DNA of 59,671 nt, counting the filler. It is 4 parts of 4 records of this genome, joined end to end, with 100 filler letters (N's around TTAATTAATTAA, not from the genome) between each part and the next. Parts side by side here need not be neighbours in the genome. Positions count along the whole stretch, not along the records: positions 1 to 29,459 come from SRR2962707_1570; 3 more parts are not named here. The stretch is one strand, 5' to 3'. The translations under genes and the position numbers were made by a program. Shown piece by piece: positions 10,387 through 22,565 of this stretch. The notes beneath the pieces were generated by a model, which worked only from the letters and a program-made list of their open reading frames with translations, was not told the origin of the DNA and did no database searches. Position 1 is the first letter of the stretch. Every line of letters starts with the position of its first letter.

Positions 10387-11055
10387 TTAGGACGCGTTTG
10401 GCAGAATAACGATGTCTACCCGGCGGTTCTGGGCCTTGCCGCTCGCGCTTAGATTGCTTGCAACTGGCTGGCTTTCGCCCCGACCAACGGAAAGGATACG
10501 CGACCCGGGAACGCCATTGTTGATCAGCACATTCGCGACAGCGCGTGACCGACCCTCGGACAGTTGTTGGTTATAGGACGCATCACCGTCGCTGTCGGTG
10601 TGTCCGATAATTTGCAGCGTCGAGTTGCTGTAAATGTTCACGTTGCGCGCCAATGCGGCCAGATCATCCTGCATGCCTGACTGCACGGTTGTGCTGTCTG
10701 TTGCGAACAAAATGTCCTGTGGCAGGGTCACGATCAAACGGTCGCCTGTGTTCGTGATGATCACATCACTATCCAACTGGCGGCGCAATTCGGCCTCTTG
10801 TTTATCCAGCGAATAACCGACGCCGGCACCGATGGCACCACCGGCCAACGCACCTACCAACGCGCCATCTGCACGGTTGCCGTCCCCTTTGGACAAGGCA
10901 CCAATCAGGGCACCTGCGCCTGCGCCGATCAGGGCACCATTGCGGGTTTTAGCGTTTGGATCATTCGGGTTACCGCCGATCGGGCCCGGCTCACAGGCGC
11001 TTAGCGCCAATACACTGGTCAGCGCGACGGCGATTGTGGTTTTCGAAAATGTCAT
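10387..11055 (-). CDS. OmpA-family lipoprotein with glycine zipper (YiaD-like)
   Basis: Lipobox LSAC, GALIGAGAGA glycine zipper, GHTD...NQQLSEGR...NRRV OmpA_C motifs. Confidence 0.9.
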   Translation of the reverse strand: MTFSKTTIAVALTSVLALSACEPGPIGGNPNDPNAKTRNGALIGAGAGALIGALSKGDGNRADGALVGALAGGAIGAGVGYSLDKQEAELRRQLDSDVIITNTGDRLIVTLPQDILFATDSTTVQSGMQDDLAALARNVNIYSNSTLQIIGHTDSDGDASYNQQLSEGRSRAVANVLINNGVPGSRILSVGRGESQPVASNLSASGKAQNRRVDIVILPNAS

Positions 11056-11173
11056 AGTATCTTTCTGCCTTTGTTGGGGCCCCGTTCGGGCGAGGCATGT
11101 CACCCTTTAACGCCCTACACGAAGTCTGGTTCCCAAGAAAAATATTTCGACATAGCGGTCGGCGCCAAGCCGC

Positions 11174-12049
11174 CTATGTACCCACATCCGCGCGGGCGGA
11201 TTCATAGGCCAGCAGCGCCCGTTTGACGGGGATACCCCAGTGATAGCCACCCAAACCGCCCGATTTACGCAGGGCGCGGTGGCATGGGATCAACCAACTG
11301 ATCGGGTTGCGCCCGACGGCAGTACCCACGGCACGGACGGCTTTGGGCGTGCCGATGTTTTGCGCAATCTCGGAATAGGTTGTGACATTGCCCGACGGGA
11401 TACTCAGCAACGCCTCCCACACTTTTATCTGGAAGGGTGCGCCAATCAGATACATTGGCGCTTTGTCGCCGCAACCCGCCCGCGCGCCAAACGCGGTTTG
11501 GACCCAATCGTGTAAAAGGTCGGGATTCTCGACAAATGTGGCACCGGGCCAGCGGCTGCGTAAATCTTCCATGGCTTCCGCTTCCCCTGTCTCGGCCGAG
11601 AAGGCGAGGCCGCAAATGCCGCGGTCCGTGCCCATCACCAACGCAGGGCCAAAGGGGCTATCAAACCAGCCCCATGAAATTTCCAACCCTGCACCTTTGC
11701 GGGCAAATTCTCCGGGGCTCATGGCCTCCCATCTTAGGAACAGATCGTGCAGCCGACCGGACCCGGACAGGCCTAGTTCATGCGCCGCCCCAAGGGTGGT
11801 AAAGCGGTCGCGCAACAGGTCTTTGGCGTGATCCAGCATCAGGTATTGCTGATAACGTTTCGGCGACACCCCCACCCAGCGGGAAAAGAGACGCTGGAAA
11901 TGTGGGGCGCTCATCCCCATTTGGCCAGCGATCTGATCCAGCGCCAAAGGATCCGAGGCGTCATCGATCAAATCAATCGCACGGCGCATCACGCCATAGT
12001 GATAGCCATCATCAGCGGCACGAGTCGGGGGTGTGAAATCTTGTATCAT
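11174..12049 (-). CDS. ada: AraC-HTH / methylated-DNA-protein-cysteine methyltransferase (Ada/Ogt-like)
   Basis: N-terminal HTH (HFQRLFSRWVGVSPKRY); C-terminal NPISWLIPCHR active site. Confidence 0.88.
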   Translation of the reverse strand: MIQDFTPPTRAADDGYHYGVMRRAIDLIDDASDPLALDQIAGQMGMSAPHFQRLFSRWVGVSPKRYQQYLMLDHAKDLLRDRFTTLGAAHELGLSGSGRLHDLFLRWEAMSPGEFARKGAGLEISWGWFDSPFGPALVMGTDRGICGLAFSAETGEAEAMEDLRSRWPGATFVENPDLLHDWVQTAFGARAGCGDKAPMYLIGAPFQIKVWEALLSIPSGNVTTYSEIAQNIGTPKAVRAVGTAVGRNPISWLIPCHRALRKSGGLGGYHWGIPVKRALLAYESARADVGT

Positions 12050-12110
12050 GCCCTCAAGCTAAGGGCTGCGCTTTGTTCAAGCGACCCGAAACTTGCGCCA
12101 AACGCAAACT

Positions 12111-12740
12111 TTACGCAGCAAGCAGATGTAACAGGTTTTCCTCCGGGCTAAGCAGATCACGCAGAAGGCCCGCCTCTTCTTTGGTCAGACAAACGCGCGG
12201 GGATCCGGTGGTACCGTCAAAAACCGTGCTCGCGCGCCGCAGTTCAGGGGTCACATCCAACATCCATGCGGTATCGCGGCCGGTTGTTTCGGCCCAGATG
12301 CCGCAGGTCATGATCAGATCGTGATGCTCTGTTATAATGTGGTGATAGCTTAGCGCGGGTGCCCCCATTTCAAAGCGCGGCACGGTACGGCGGGACAACG
12401 CACCAATTTCGGCCATTGCTTCGGTATGACCGAAATGCAGGGCCACATGATGCGACGCGACCAGCACATTGTGATGCGGTGAAAGACGCAAAGGTTCAAC
12501 CAATCCTTCGGGTGCTGCGCTTTCGCGGGGGCGTAGATGGACAGGCGACGGCAGTGGCAAACCATCAGGCCCGATGCCGCGCGATCGCTTGATTGCCAGG
12601 ATCGGTTGCGCGCCGTGGTCACGGGTAATGACGTGATCACCCGATTCCAGCCACTCCACTGGCAGTTCGCCGTCCAATGTCATAATCATAGCGCCCGGAC
12701 CGAAACCTGAAACCTTTGAAAACATCGTTTCCACTGCCAT
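12111..12740 (-). CDS. Standalone Hint (Hedgehog/intein-like) domain protein
   Basis: GFGPGAMIMTLDGELPVEWLESGDHVITRDHGAQP, LRLSPHH and YHHI..HHDLI..GIWAET match the alphaproteobacterial Hint_2 pattern. Confidence 0.8.
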   Translation of the reverse strand: MAVETMFSKVSGFGPGAMIMTLDGELPVEWLESGDHVITRDHGAQPILAIKRSRGIGPDGLPLPSPVHLRPRESAAPEGLVEPLRLSPHHNVLVASHHVALHFGHTEAMAEIGALSRRTVPRFEMGAPALSYHHIITEHHDLIMTCGIWAETTGRDTAWMLDVTPELRRASTVFDGTTGSPRVCLTKEEAGLLRDLLSPEENLLHLLAA

Positions 12741-12873
12741 TACCCATTCCCTTTTTACTGATTTTACCAAGGGCTACCGCCCGTTACACAAGGCTAGTCT
12801 TATTGCCCGTGGGCGTAATTTAGCGAACAGAATGTGCAAATTAGGTAAACGGGCATTCTTGAACGCGCCCAGT

Positions 12874-12903
12874 CTTGCCCTGATTGAAAAATCCCCCCAT
12901 ACC
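12874..12903 (+). promoter_or_regulatory. Candidate RpoH (sigma32)-type promoter for nth
   Basis: CTTG-N18-CCCATACC ending 7 nt before ATG 12911, with no Shine-Dalgarno (possibly leaderless). Confidence 0.35.
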
Positions 12904-12910
12904 AAGGCCC

Positions 12911-13555
12911 ATGGCCAAACCCCTTGATTATCACACCATCCGAGAGATCTTTACCCGGTTTCAGGCAGCAGATGCCGAACCCAAAGGGGAGCTAGATCAT
13001 ACAAATGTATACACTTTGCTGGTGGCCGTGGCGCTAAGCGCGCAGGCAACCGATGCGGGCGTAAACAAGGCCACGAAATCCCTGTTCCAGATCATCGAGA
13101 CACCACAGCAGATGCTTGATCTTGGATTGGAGGAACTGACGGATCATATCAAATCCATTGGTCTGTTCCGCCAAAAGGCCAAAAACGTCATGAAGATGAG
13201 CCGGATTTTGGTCGATGATTATGAGGGCGTCGTGCCAAACAGCCGTGCGGCCCTGCAATCGCTGCCCGGCGTTGGACGCAAAACAGCCAATGTGGTGTTG
13301 AACATGTGGTGGCATTACCCCGCCCAAGCCGTCGATACCCATATCTTTCGCGTGGGAAACCGCACGCGCATCTGCCCCGGTAAAACGGTCGATGCGGTTG
13401 AACGCGCCATCGAAGACAATATTCCCGTCGATTTTCAACTACACGCCCATCACTGGATGATCTTGCACGGTCGTTATCACTGCAAAGCGCGCAAGCCGCA
13501 GTGCAGAACCTGCATCATCCGCGATCTCTGCCCCTACGAGGACAAAACTGAATGA
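12911..13555 (+). CDS. nth: Endonuclease III
   Basis: LSAQATD, HhH motif LPGVGRKTAN, VDTH, C-terminal Cx6Cx2Cx5C Fe-S motif. Confidence 0.95.
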   Translation: MAKPLDYHTIREIFTRFQAADAEPKGELDHTNVYTLLVAVALSAQATDAGVNKATKSLFQIIETPQQMLDLGLEELTDHIKSIGLFRQKAKNVMKMSRILVDDYEGVVPNSRAALQSLPGVGRKTANVVLNMWWHYPAQAVDTHIFRVGNRTRICPGKTVDAVERAIEDNIPVDFQLHAHHWMILHGRYHCKARKPQCRTCIIRDLCPYEDKTE

Positions 13556-14541
13556 CCCAATATGAAGTGGTTGGTATCGGCAACGCCGTTGTCGATGTAA
13601 TCTCGCATGCTGATGATGCGTTTCTTGGCGAAATGAACATCGAAAAAGGCATCATGCAACTGATCGAACGTGACCGCGCCGAAGACCTGTACGGCGCGAT
13701 GGCGGACAGGATGCAGACCCCCGGCGGGTCGGTTGCTAATACGATTGCCGGTATTGGCGCGCTTGGCCTGCCGACGGCGTTTATCGGTCGTGTGAATAAC
13801 GATGATCTGGGCACATTCTATGCCCAATCCATGATTGATGGTGGAACTGATTTCGTCAACGCGCCTGTCGCGGGCGGTGATCTGCCAACCTCGCGGTCGA
13901 TGATCTTTGTGTCGCCGGATGGCGAACGGTCGATGAACACCTATCTGGGCATCTCGACCGATCTGGGCCCTGCGGATGTGCCGGATGCGGTTGCGTCCTC
14001 GGCCAAGATCATGTTCCTCGAGGGGTATCTGTTCGACAAGGATCAGGGCAAGCAGGCCTTTCTAGAGGCGTCGCGTCTGACCCGCGCGGCGGGCGGCAAG
14101 GCTGGCATCGCGATTTCCGATCCTTTCTGCGTTGACCGTCATCGCGACGATTTCCTGCGCATGATCGCGGACGAGCTGGATTATGTGATCGGCAACGAAG
14201 CCGAGATCAGATCCCTGTTCGAAACCGATGATCTGGAGGACGCGCTGGCCAAAACATCCGCGATGTGCGCCATGGTTGTCTGCACGCGTTCGGGCGATGG
14301 CGTTACGCTGATCCGCGATGTAGAACGGGTCGACGTACCCGTGACCAAGGTCACGCCCGTAGATGCAACAGGTGCGGGCGATCAATTCGCTGCCGGTTTT
14401 CTATATGGCATGGCCACGGGCCGCGATTTGGAAACCTGCGGTAAGATGGGCCACATCTGCGCGGCCGAGGTGATCAGCCATGTCGGCCCCCGCCCCCAAA
14501 CCGACATCATGACCATTTTTAAAGAGCACGGATTGGTTTGA
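13552..14541 (+). CDS. PfkB-family adenosine/sugar kinase
   Basis: GIGNAVVD, PGGSVANT and DATGAGDQFAAGF motifs; ATGA overlap with nth. Confidence 0.88.
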   Translation: MTQYEVVGIGNAVVDVISHADDAFLGEMNIEKGIMQLIERDRAEDLYGAMADRMQTPGGSVANTIAGIGALGLPTAFIGRVNNDDLGTFYAQSMIDGGTDFVNAPVAGGDLPTSRSMIFVSPDGERSMNTYLGISTDLGPADVPDAVASSAKIMFLEGYLFDKDQGKQAFLEASRLTRAAGGKAGIAISDPFCVDRHRDDFLRMIADELDYVIGNEAEIRSLFETDDLEDALAKTSAMCAMVVCTRSGDGVTLIRDVERVDVPVTKVTPVDATGAGDQFAAGFLYGMATGRDLETCGKMGHICAAEVISHVGPRPQTDIMTIFKEHGLV

Positions 14542-14544
14542 TCT

Positions 14545-15138
14545 ATGCTGAGCGATGGTTTTCACGATGTGCCCGATGGCAAACTTGCGATGGTGGTAAC
14601 CCATCTTGAGATGCGCGCCGCGCCGCCGCTGCGTGATGTGTCATTGCCCGATGGCGTCACCCTACGAAAGGTCACTCCGACCCTTGAATGGTACCGCGAC
14701 ATCTTCAACCGTGTCGGTGCGCATGACTGGCTGTGGTTTTCCCGACTTCAGATGTCTGACGCCAAGCTGAACGCGATCCTGACAAATCCCGATATGGCGT
14801 ATTACACCCTTAGCAAAGACGGTCAGGACGAAGCCCTGCTTGAGCTTGATTTCCGTCAGGCAGGCGAATGCGAGCTGGCCTATTTTGGTCTGACATCAAA
14901 ACTGATCGGTGCTGGCGCGGGCCGCTATCTAATGAACCAGGCGATTACGGCCGCCTGGTCGCGGGATATCACGCGCTTTCACCTCCACACCTGCACGATC
15001 GACAGCCCGCAGGCCGTGGCATTCTATATCCGCAGCGGGTTCACGCCCTATCGCCGCCAGATCGAAGTTGCCGACGACCCGCGGCTGACGGGCATGTTGG
15101 GGCGTGACGCGGGCCCCCATGTGCCGATCATCGATTAA
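14545..15138 (+). CDS. GNAT family N-acetyltransferase
   Basis: ELAYFGL..IGAGAGRYL and LHTCTID..A..FY..SGF motifs. Confidence 0.8.
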   Translation: MLSDGFHDVPDGKLAMVVTHLEMRAAPPLRDVSLPDGVTLRKVTPTLEWYRDIFNRVGAHDWLWFSRLQMSDAKLNAILTNPDMAYYTLSKDGQDEALLELDFRQAGECELAYFGLTSKLIGAGAGRYLMNQAITAAWSRDITRFHLHTCTIDSPQAVAFYIRSGFTPYRRQIEVADDPRLTGMLGRDAGPHVPIID

Positions 15139-15160
15139 GGGGCCACGCCAGTCGGGATGA

Positions 15161-16045
15161 TTACCCCATCCGTTCCGATGCGTATGATCCGGGGGATGCG
15201 GGGAACACGACGGTCTTGTTGCCGTTCAAAAACACGCGGCGGTGGATATGCGCGTGGATGGCGCGGGCCAATACCTGGCTTTCCACATCGCGGCCCAGTG
15301 ATACGTAATCATTCGCGGATTGGGCGTGGGTCACACGAACGATATCCTGCTCGATAATCGGCCCTTCATCCAGATCGGCGGTCACATAATGCGACGTCGC
15401 ACCGATCAGTTTGACCCCGCGCTGGAACGCCTGCTTGTACGGGTTCGCACCCTTAAAGCTGGGCAGGAACGAGTGGTGAATATTGATGATCCGCCCCGAC
15501 ATTTTCTGGCACATCTCATCTGACAGAATTTGCATATAGCGCGCCAGCACGATCAGCTCTGCGCCTGCATCCTCGACCACGGCCATAATCCGCGCTTCGG
15601 CATCGGCTTTGTTTTCCGGGGTGACTTTGATGCAATGAAACGGGATGTCGTTGTTCACGACGACCTTTTGATATTCCATGTGGTTGGACACAACCGCGAC
15701 GATATCGATTGGCAACGCGCCAATGCGCCAGCGGTATAGCAAATCGTTCAGGCAATGCCCGAACCGCGACACCATGATGACGACTTTCATCTTTTCGGTC
15801 TGGTCGTGAAAATCATAGGTCATGTCGAAAGGGCTGGCGGTTGCGGCAAACCCTTGGGCCAGTTCATCCAGATCAACGACATCATCGCTTTCAAAGCTGA
15901 CCCGCATAAAGAAATTTCCCGTTTCCTTATCGTCGAACTGGGCACTGTCGGTAATGTTACAGGCATTATCAGCAAGGTAGTTCGCAATCGCGGCAACGAC
16001 CCCACGGGTCGAAGGGCACGCAACGGTCAGGGCAAAGTTTTTCAT
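15161..16045 (-). CDS. purU: Formyltetrahydrofolate deformylase
   Basis: ACT domain, LARYMQIL, INIHHSFLPSFKGA and DLDEGPIIEQ motifs. Confidence 0.95.
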   Translation of the reverse strand: MKNFALTVACPSTRGVVAAIANYLADNACNITDSAQFDDKETGNFFMRVSFESDDVVDLDELAQGFAATASPFDMTYDFHDQTEKMKVVIMVSRFGHCLNDLLYRWRIGALPIDIVAVVSNHMEYQKVVVNNDIPFHCIKVTPENKADAEARIMAVVEDAGAELIVLARYMQILSDEMCQKMSGRIINIHHSFLPSFKGANPYKQAFQRGVKLIGATSHYVTADLDEGPIIEQDIVRVTHAQSANDYVSLGRDVESQVLARAIHAHIHRRVFLNGNKTVVFPASPGSYASERMG

Positions 16046-16238
16046 GGGTTCAGATCCAGTCAGAAAGGAAGCGGTACATGGCTTCGACAGGTTTGTGTTT
16101 CCCAAGCCGTTTGCGCCGTCAATACATCTGCACGCAAATGCGCAGCCAAAGCACAACAGCGGGCGCCCCTAAACGGCGCGGTGGTTTCCGATCATGCACA
16201 ATGGTCGGTATTCGCTACGAAATAGGCAGTATAAAAAC

Positions 16239-16739
16239 CTATGAGATATCGGCAGGCATAATATGTGGGCGGAACGCGGCGACGACGGCCTGATACACCT
16301 CGCGTTTGAACGGCACGATATTGTCGACCAGATCGTCAACGGGCAGCCAACGCCATTCCGAAAACTCTTGATGATCGGTTTCTAGATTGACCTCGGAATC
16401 TGCGCCGTGAAAGCGCAACAGGAACCATTTTTGTTCCTGACCGCGAAAACGGCCCTTCCAGATGTTGGGCACCAGATCATGCGGTAGGTCATAGGGCAGC
16501 CATGTATCGGTCTCGGCCACGACAGACACGGAGTCGGCGCGCACACCGGTCTCTTCCTCAAGCTCGCGCAGGGCGGCAACCTGGGCGGATTCGTCTTTCT
16601 CAACGCCGCCTTGGGGCATCTGCCACGCTTCTTGGTCACGGTCCCTGCGCTGCCCGACAAAGACGTGGCCATCGGCATTGATCAGCATCACGCCGACACA
16701 AGGGCGGTAGGGCAGTTTGGCGATTTCTTCGGGTGTCAT
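16239..16739 (-). CDS. rppH: RNA pyrophosphohydrolase (Nudix)
   Basis: YRPCVG, WQMPQGG, Nudix box [16 protein letters not shown]. Confidence 0.92.
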   Translation of the reverse strand: MTPEEIAKLPYRPCVGVMLINADGHVFVGQRRDRDQEAWQMPQGGVEKDESAQVAALRELEEETGVRADSVSVVAETDTWLPYDLPHDLVPNIWKGRFRGQEQKWFLLRFHGADSEVNLETDHQEFSEWRWLPVDDLVDNIVPFKREVYQAVVAAFRPHIMPADIS

Positions 16740-16844
16740 GGCGGGGCCTTTGGATTGTATCGGTTCAGCGCGGGCCTATCACAAAAGCCGCCCCCATGTA
16801 TATTGGCTTACGCAGCGTTGTGCGTGACAGATGCCAACGCTTAA

Positions 16845-18917
<2,073 letters not shown>

Positions 18918-18976
18918 TATTGCCCTTGCGCAGATAGGATGCGAAACTCCGCCCTCACCAGCTGAGGGCGGTCCAC

Positions 18977-19918
18977 ATGCCGATTTGCGTTTTTGATATC
19001 TTTGCCGATGGTACGACATCGGTGCCGACCGATACGAACCTTACCGGCCCGGGGGTGTATCGCTGGTGGCATTTCGACCTGACCGACGAAATGCTGGAAC
19101 CCTGGGCGCGCGAACAGCTGCATGAAATTCCCGCCGGATCGCTGATCCAGAAACAAACACGACCCCGCTGTGACCTCTTTAACGGCGGGCTGATCCTGAA
19201 CTTGCGCGGCATCAACATGAATGCCGGTCAGGCGGCCGATGAAATGGTGTCGGTCCGAATGTTCATCCAATCCAATCTGCTGATCACCGTGCGGCGCAAA
19301 AAGGTCTTTGCCATCGACACGATCCGCCAATCTGCCGTGGCACAAAATGCGCCGCCCAGCCCGGCCAAGTTTATCGAGGCACTGGTGAGCCGGCTCACAC
19401 GTCGGGTTCAGGAACATGTCGAAAGCATCGACGCGCAGGCCGAGTTCTTTGAAATCGATTTGGAAGACAAAGAAACGCCGATGCCACATGAACTGCCGGA
19501 AATCCGACGCAGCGTGATCCGGCTGCGGCGATATCTTGATCCGCAACGTGCAGCGCTTAGCAAACTTGCCGCCTTTGATATCCCGCTGATCCCACAAGAC
19601 AGCCAGCTTGAACTGCACGAACAGGCCAACAGCGCGCTGATCGCGGTCGAAGAACTGGACGAGCTGCGCGAGCGCCTTGTGTCCGTGCAGGAAGAACATG
19701 ACGCCAACGTCGCCCAGCGCCAAGCGAGGCACGGATATGTGCTGTCTGTGGCTGCGGCACTCTTTCTGCCGCTCGGCTTTATCACCGGGCTGTTTGGGGT
19801 GAACGTCGGTGGCATGCCGGGAACTGGCCACCCTTGGGCCTTTGCTTTCCTGTGCTTGGGCATGGTGGTACTTGCGGCCCTGATGTTTGCCCTGCTCAGA
19901 AAGCTGCGTTGGATCTGA
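18977..19918 (+). CDS. zntB: ZntB/CorA-family divalent cation transporter
   Basis: LNLRGIN..DEMVSVR and FLPLGFITGLFGVNVGGMP motifs with two C-terminal TM helices. Confidence 0.82.
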   Translation: MPICVFDIFADGTTSVPTDTNLTGPGVYRWWHFDLTDEMLEPWAREQLHEIPAGSLIQKQTRPRCDLFNGGLILNLRGINMNAGQAADEMVSVRMFIQSNLLITVRRKKVFAIDTIRQSAVAQNAPPSPAKFIEALVSRLTRRVQEHVESIDAQAEFFEIDLEDKETPMPHELPEIRRSVIRLRRYLDPQRAALSKLAAFDIPLIPQDSQLELHEQANSALIAVEELDELRERLVSVQEEHDANVAQRQARHGYVLSVAAALFLPLGFITGLFGVNVGGMPGTGHPWAFAFLCLGMVVLAALMFALLRKLRWI

Positions 19919-19943
19919 AGCGACTCAGATTGCCGTAATTTCC

Positions 19944-19966
19944 ATTGTTTCTCTGACGCAAACGAT
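19944..19966. promoter_or_regulatory. Candidate LysR autoregulatory box
   Basis: Imperfect inverted repeat ATTGTTT-N9-AAACGAT about 100 nt upstream of the LysR gene. Confidence 0.3.
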
Positions 19967-20064
19967 CCACGCAATAACCTTGCTACTGACCCACCCCTGC
20001 CGTGATCTTGCCCGATTTGGCTCGCATATCTCTGACAACTCAGATGATAGAAAAGGGGACGGCA

Positions 20065-20970
20065 ATGGACCGCCTGACAGAAATGGAAGCATTCGCCACA
20101 GTTGTGGATCAGGGTGGTTTTACAGATGCGGCCAAGAAGATGGGCATCTCGAAGTCTGCCGTATCCAAACACGTATCATCGCTTGAGGCGCGCTTGGGTG
20201 CGCGGTTGTTGAACCGTACCACCCGCCGTGTCAGCCCCACGGAAATTGGTCTGGCATATTACGACCGCGCCCGCCGCGTGTTGAACGATGCCGGCGAAGC
20301 AGATGCGCTGGTCACCTCGATGCAATCCGCCCCCTCTGGCCTGCTGCGCATTTCGGTTGCGACGGATTTCGGGGTTAACCATTTGTCCCCCGCCCTGTCC
20401 GGCTTTCTTGAGGAATTCCCCGACATCACCGTGAACATGGTGCTGAACAACCGTTATGTCGAATTGATCAGCGAAGGCTTTGATATGGCCGTCCGCATCG
20501 GAGAGCTGGAGGACAGCACCCTGCGTGCCCGCAAGCTGACCGAAACGACCAAGCGCATGATCGCATCGCCGGGATATTTTGAGAGATACGGCCGCCCCGA
20601 AAAGATCGACGATCTGAACGACCACAAGTTGTTGCACTATTCGAACCAGTCCAGCGGAAACATGTGGAAACTGACGTCGCCATCGGGTGAAAAGCGTCAG
20701 GTGCGCACTGCCGGTTGGCTGTCTGTCAATGACGGGCAATCGCTGCTGAACGCCGCCATTTCGGGTCTTGGCATCGCATATCTGCCCAGCTTTCTATATG
20801 CTGACGCGATGGCGAAAGGCCTTGTTGAAGATGCCATTCCCGAACTGCCGCTCGAAACCCAAGGCATCTATGCCGTGTACCCGCCCGGCCGCTTTACCCA
20901 GCCCAAAGTCCGTGCGTTCATTGATTTTCTGGCGCATGAATTTGCCGACAAAGGCCCGAATGATTGGTAA
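20065..20970 (+). CDS. LysR-family transcriptional regulator (CrgA/DmlR-like)
   Basis: MDRLTEMEAF, HTH with LLNRTTRR, EGFDMAVRIG and PKVRAFIDF motifs. Confidence 0.92.
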   Translation: MDRLTEMEAFATVVDQGGFTDAAKKMGISKSAVSKHVSSLEARLGARLLNRTTRRVSPTEIGLAYYDRARRVLNDAGEADALVTSMQSAPSGLLRISVATDFGVNHLSPALSGFLEEFPDITVNMVLNNRYVELISEGFDMAVRIGELEDSTLRARKLTETTKRMIASPGYFERYGRPEKIDDLNDHKLLHYSNQSSGNMWKLTSPSGEKRQVRTAGWLSVNDGQSLLNAAISGLGIAYLPSFLYADAMAKGLVEDAIPELPLETQGIYAVYPPGRFTQPKVRAFIDFLAHEFADKGPNDW

Positions 20971-21009
20971 ATCCACACCCGGCCCTTTCGACACGACACA
21001 GACGTGATC

Positions 21010-21045
21010 AACCCTCGTTATCCCCATAGATAGCGAGGGTTTTTT
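21010..21045 (+). terminator. Intrinsic terminator after the LysR gene
   Basis: AACCCTCGTTATC-CCCATA-GATAGCGAGGGTT followed by a T-run. Confidence 0.75.
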
Positions 21046-21057
21046 ATGTCCGGATGG

Positions 21058-21987
21058 TCAATCCCGCGACAGTAAAACTGCCTCAACCCGGCGATTAGCC
21101 TCCCGGCCCTGCGCGGTCAGGTTCGACGCAATGGGCGCTAGATACCCCATGCCTTCTGCCTCGATCTGGGCGGAAGGAATGCCGTATTGTTCGATCAATC
21201 TATTGCGTACTGCTGCCGCCCGACTGCGCGACAAGGCGATGTTCGGGTCAAGCGATCCAACGCTATCAGTATGCCCAACCAGCGCAATTCGAACGGTCGG
21301 CTGATCCTTTAGAAACGCGGCCAGCCGTTCAAGGGTGCCTGCGTCAGCACCACCCAATGTGGCCGTACCCGATGTGAAATCCAGCCCGTCCAATATAGCA
21401 TGGCCTTGGCTTAGCAACGTATCTGCAAGGGCGTTCGCATCCGACGTTGGTTGTGGCACTGGGGCCGCTTTGATGGGTGTCTGTGATGCCTCAACAGCAT
21501 CCGCCTGAATGATCTGAACATAGGCCGAAGACGCCGCCGTACTGGCAAGCACCGTCACAATCGACGTCGGTGCGGACAACGGCCCCTGAACTGCGGTCAC
21601 AAATTGATAGGCCCGAATATTGACGTACATATTCGGCCCCGGCAGCGTTTCGATGGCAAAGCGAAAGTCAAAACCACCACAGGCCACAGCGCCACAATCC
21701 AGCACGATGTCATACCCGGCCGCTTCCAGTTGCGACCGAAGAGGGCGCAACACTTGCAAGGGCGTCAAACCCGACGCCTCTAGCCGCCACGCCGAACGCG
21801 CAACGTCCCCCTCGATGGTCACCGTATTCAGGGCACCATCCACAAACGGGCCAATCGGCGCGATATAGCTGTCCGGCCCCGTGTTGCGTTCAACGGTTTG
21901 GCGCGCAGATTGCGGCAATGACAGCTCTACGGCACCGGCATGCGTTGCCAAGGCCAGCAAAGCAAAAGCTGCGGCACGTATGATCAT
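21058..21987 (-). CDS. OmpA-family protein with N-terminal CxxxxCG domain
   Basis: Signal peptide, DCGAVACGGFDF, C-terminal VGHTD...NIALSRSRA...NRRVE. Confidence 0.85.
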   Translation of the reverse strand: MIIRAAAFALLALATHAGAVELSLPQSARQTVERNTGPDSYIAPIGPFVDGALNTVTIEGDVARSAWRLEASGLTPLQVLRPLRSQLEAAGYDIVLDCGAVACGGFDFRFAIETLPGPNMYVNIRAYQFVTAVQGPLSAPTSIVTVLASTAASSAYVQIIQADAVEASQTPIKAAPVPQPTSDANALADTLLSQGHAILDGLDFTSGTATLGGADAGTLERLAAFLKDQPTVRIALVGHTDSVGSLDPNIALSRSRAAAVRNRLIEQYGIPSAQIEAEGMGYLAPIASNLTAQGREANRRVEAVLLSRD

Positions 21988-22553
21988 CTGAACTGCGCGT
22001 GGTAGCCTTCGTTCGGCTTCATGTTGGTGGCGCTGGCCACACGGTTGGTCATGTTAAAAAACGCCGCGACCGATGCGATGTCAAAGATATCGCGGTCTGT
22101 GAAACCCACATCGCGCAGTGCCTGACGGTCGGCTTCGGTGGTCTTGGCGCTGGCCACTGTCAGGTTCTCGGAAAACTCCAGCATCGCGGTTTGGCGTGCA
22201 TCCAGTTCGGCAACACGCCAGTTCATCACCATCTGTTCGCCCAAGATCGGATTGCCCGACAATTGCCGCACCGCAGCCCCGTGCGCTGTCAGGCAATAGT
22301 AACATTTGTTCACCGATGACACGACGACCGCGATCATCTCGCGCTCGAGCTTGGACAGGTTCGACGCGCCCAGCATCAGATCGTTATACATCGCGGTAAA
22401 GCTGTTCAGCTTTTCGATATCAAACGCGTATGTCTGCAAAACATTCGGGATCATGCCCAGCTTTTCCTGGCACACGTCAAAGTATTTTTGCGTGGCTTCT
22501 GGCAGCGGATCAACCATCGGCAGATCAAGGGCGGTTGGTGCGTCGTTGGCCAT
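21984..22553 (-). CDS. Peroxidase-related AhpD/CMD family protein
   Basis: EREMIAVVVSSVNKCYYCLTAH (CxxC) and FFNMTNR motifs. Confidence 0.88.
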   Translation of the reverse strand: MANDAPTALDLPMVDPLPEATQKYFDVCQEKLGMIPNVLQTYAFDIEKLNSFTAMYNDLMLGASNLSKLEREMIAVVVSSVNKCYYCLTAHGAAVRQLSGNPILGEQMVMNWRVAELDARQTAMLEFSENLTVASAKTTEADRQALRDVGFTDRDIFDIASVAAFFNMTNRVASATNMKPNEGYHAQFR

Positions 22554-22565
22554 CGGAGGGTTCCT

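Noticed and set aside
12825..12839. GAAC-N7-GCAA resembling an alphaproteobacterial LexA box between the Hint gene and nth
   Set aside because: Second half-site deviates from GAAC; too weak without footprinting
16046..16238. Possible riboswitch or sRNA in the purU leader
   Set aside because: No recognisable aptamer motif or convincing terminator seen; an Rfam scan would settle it
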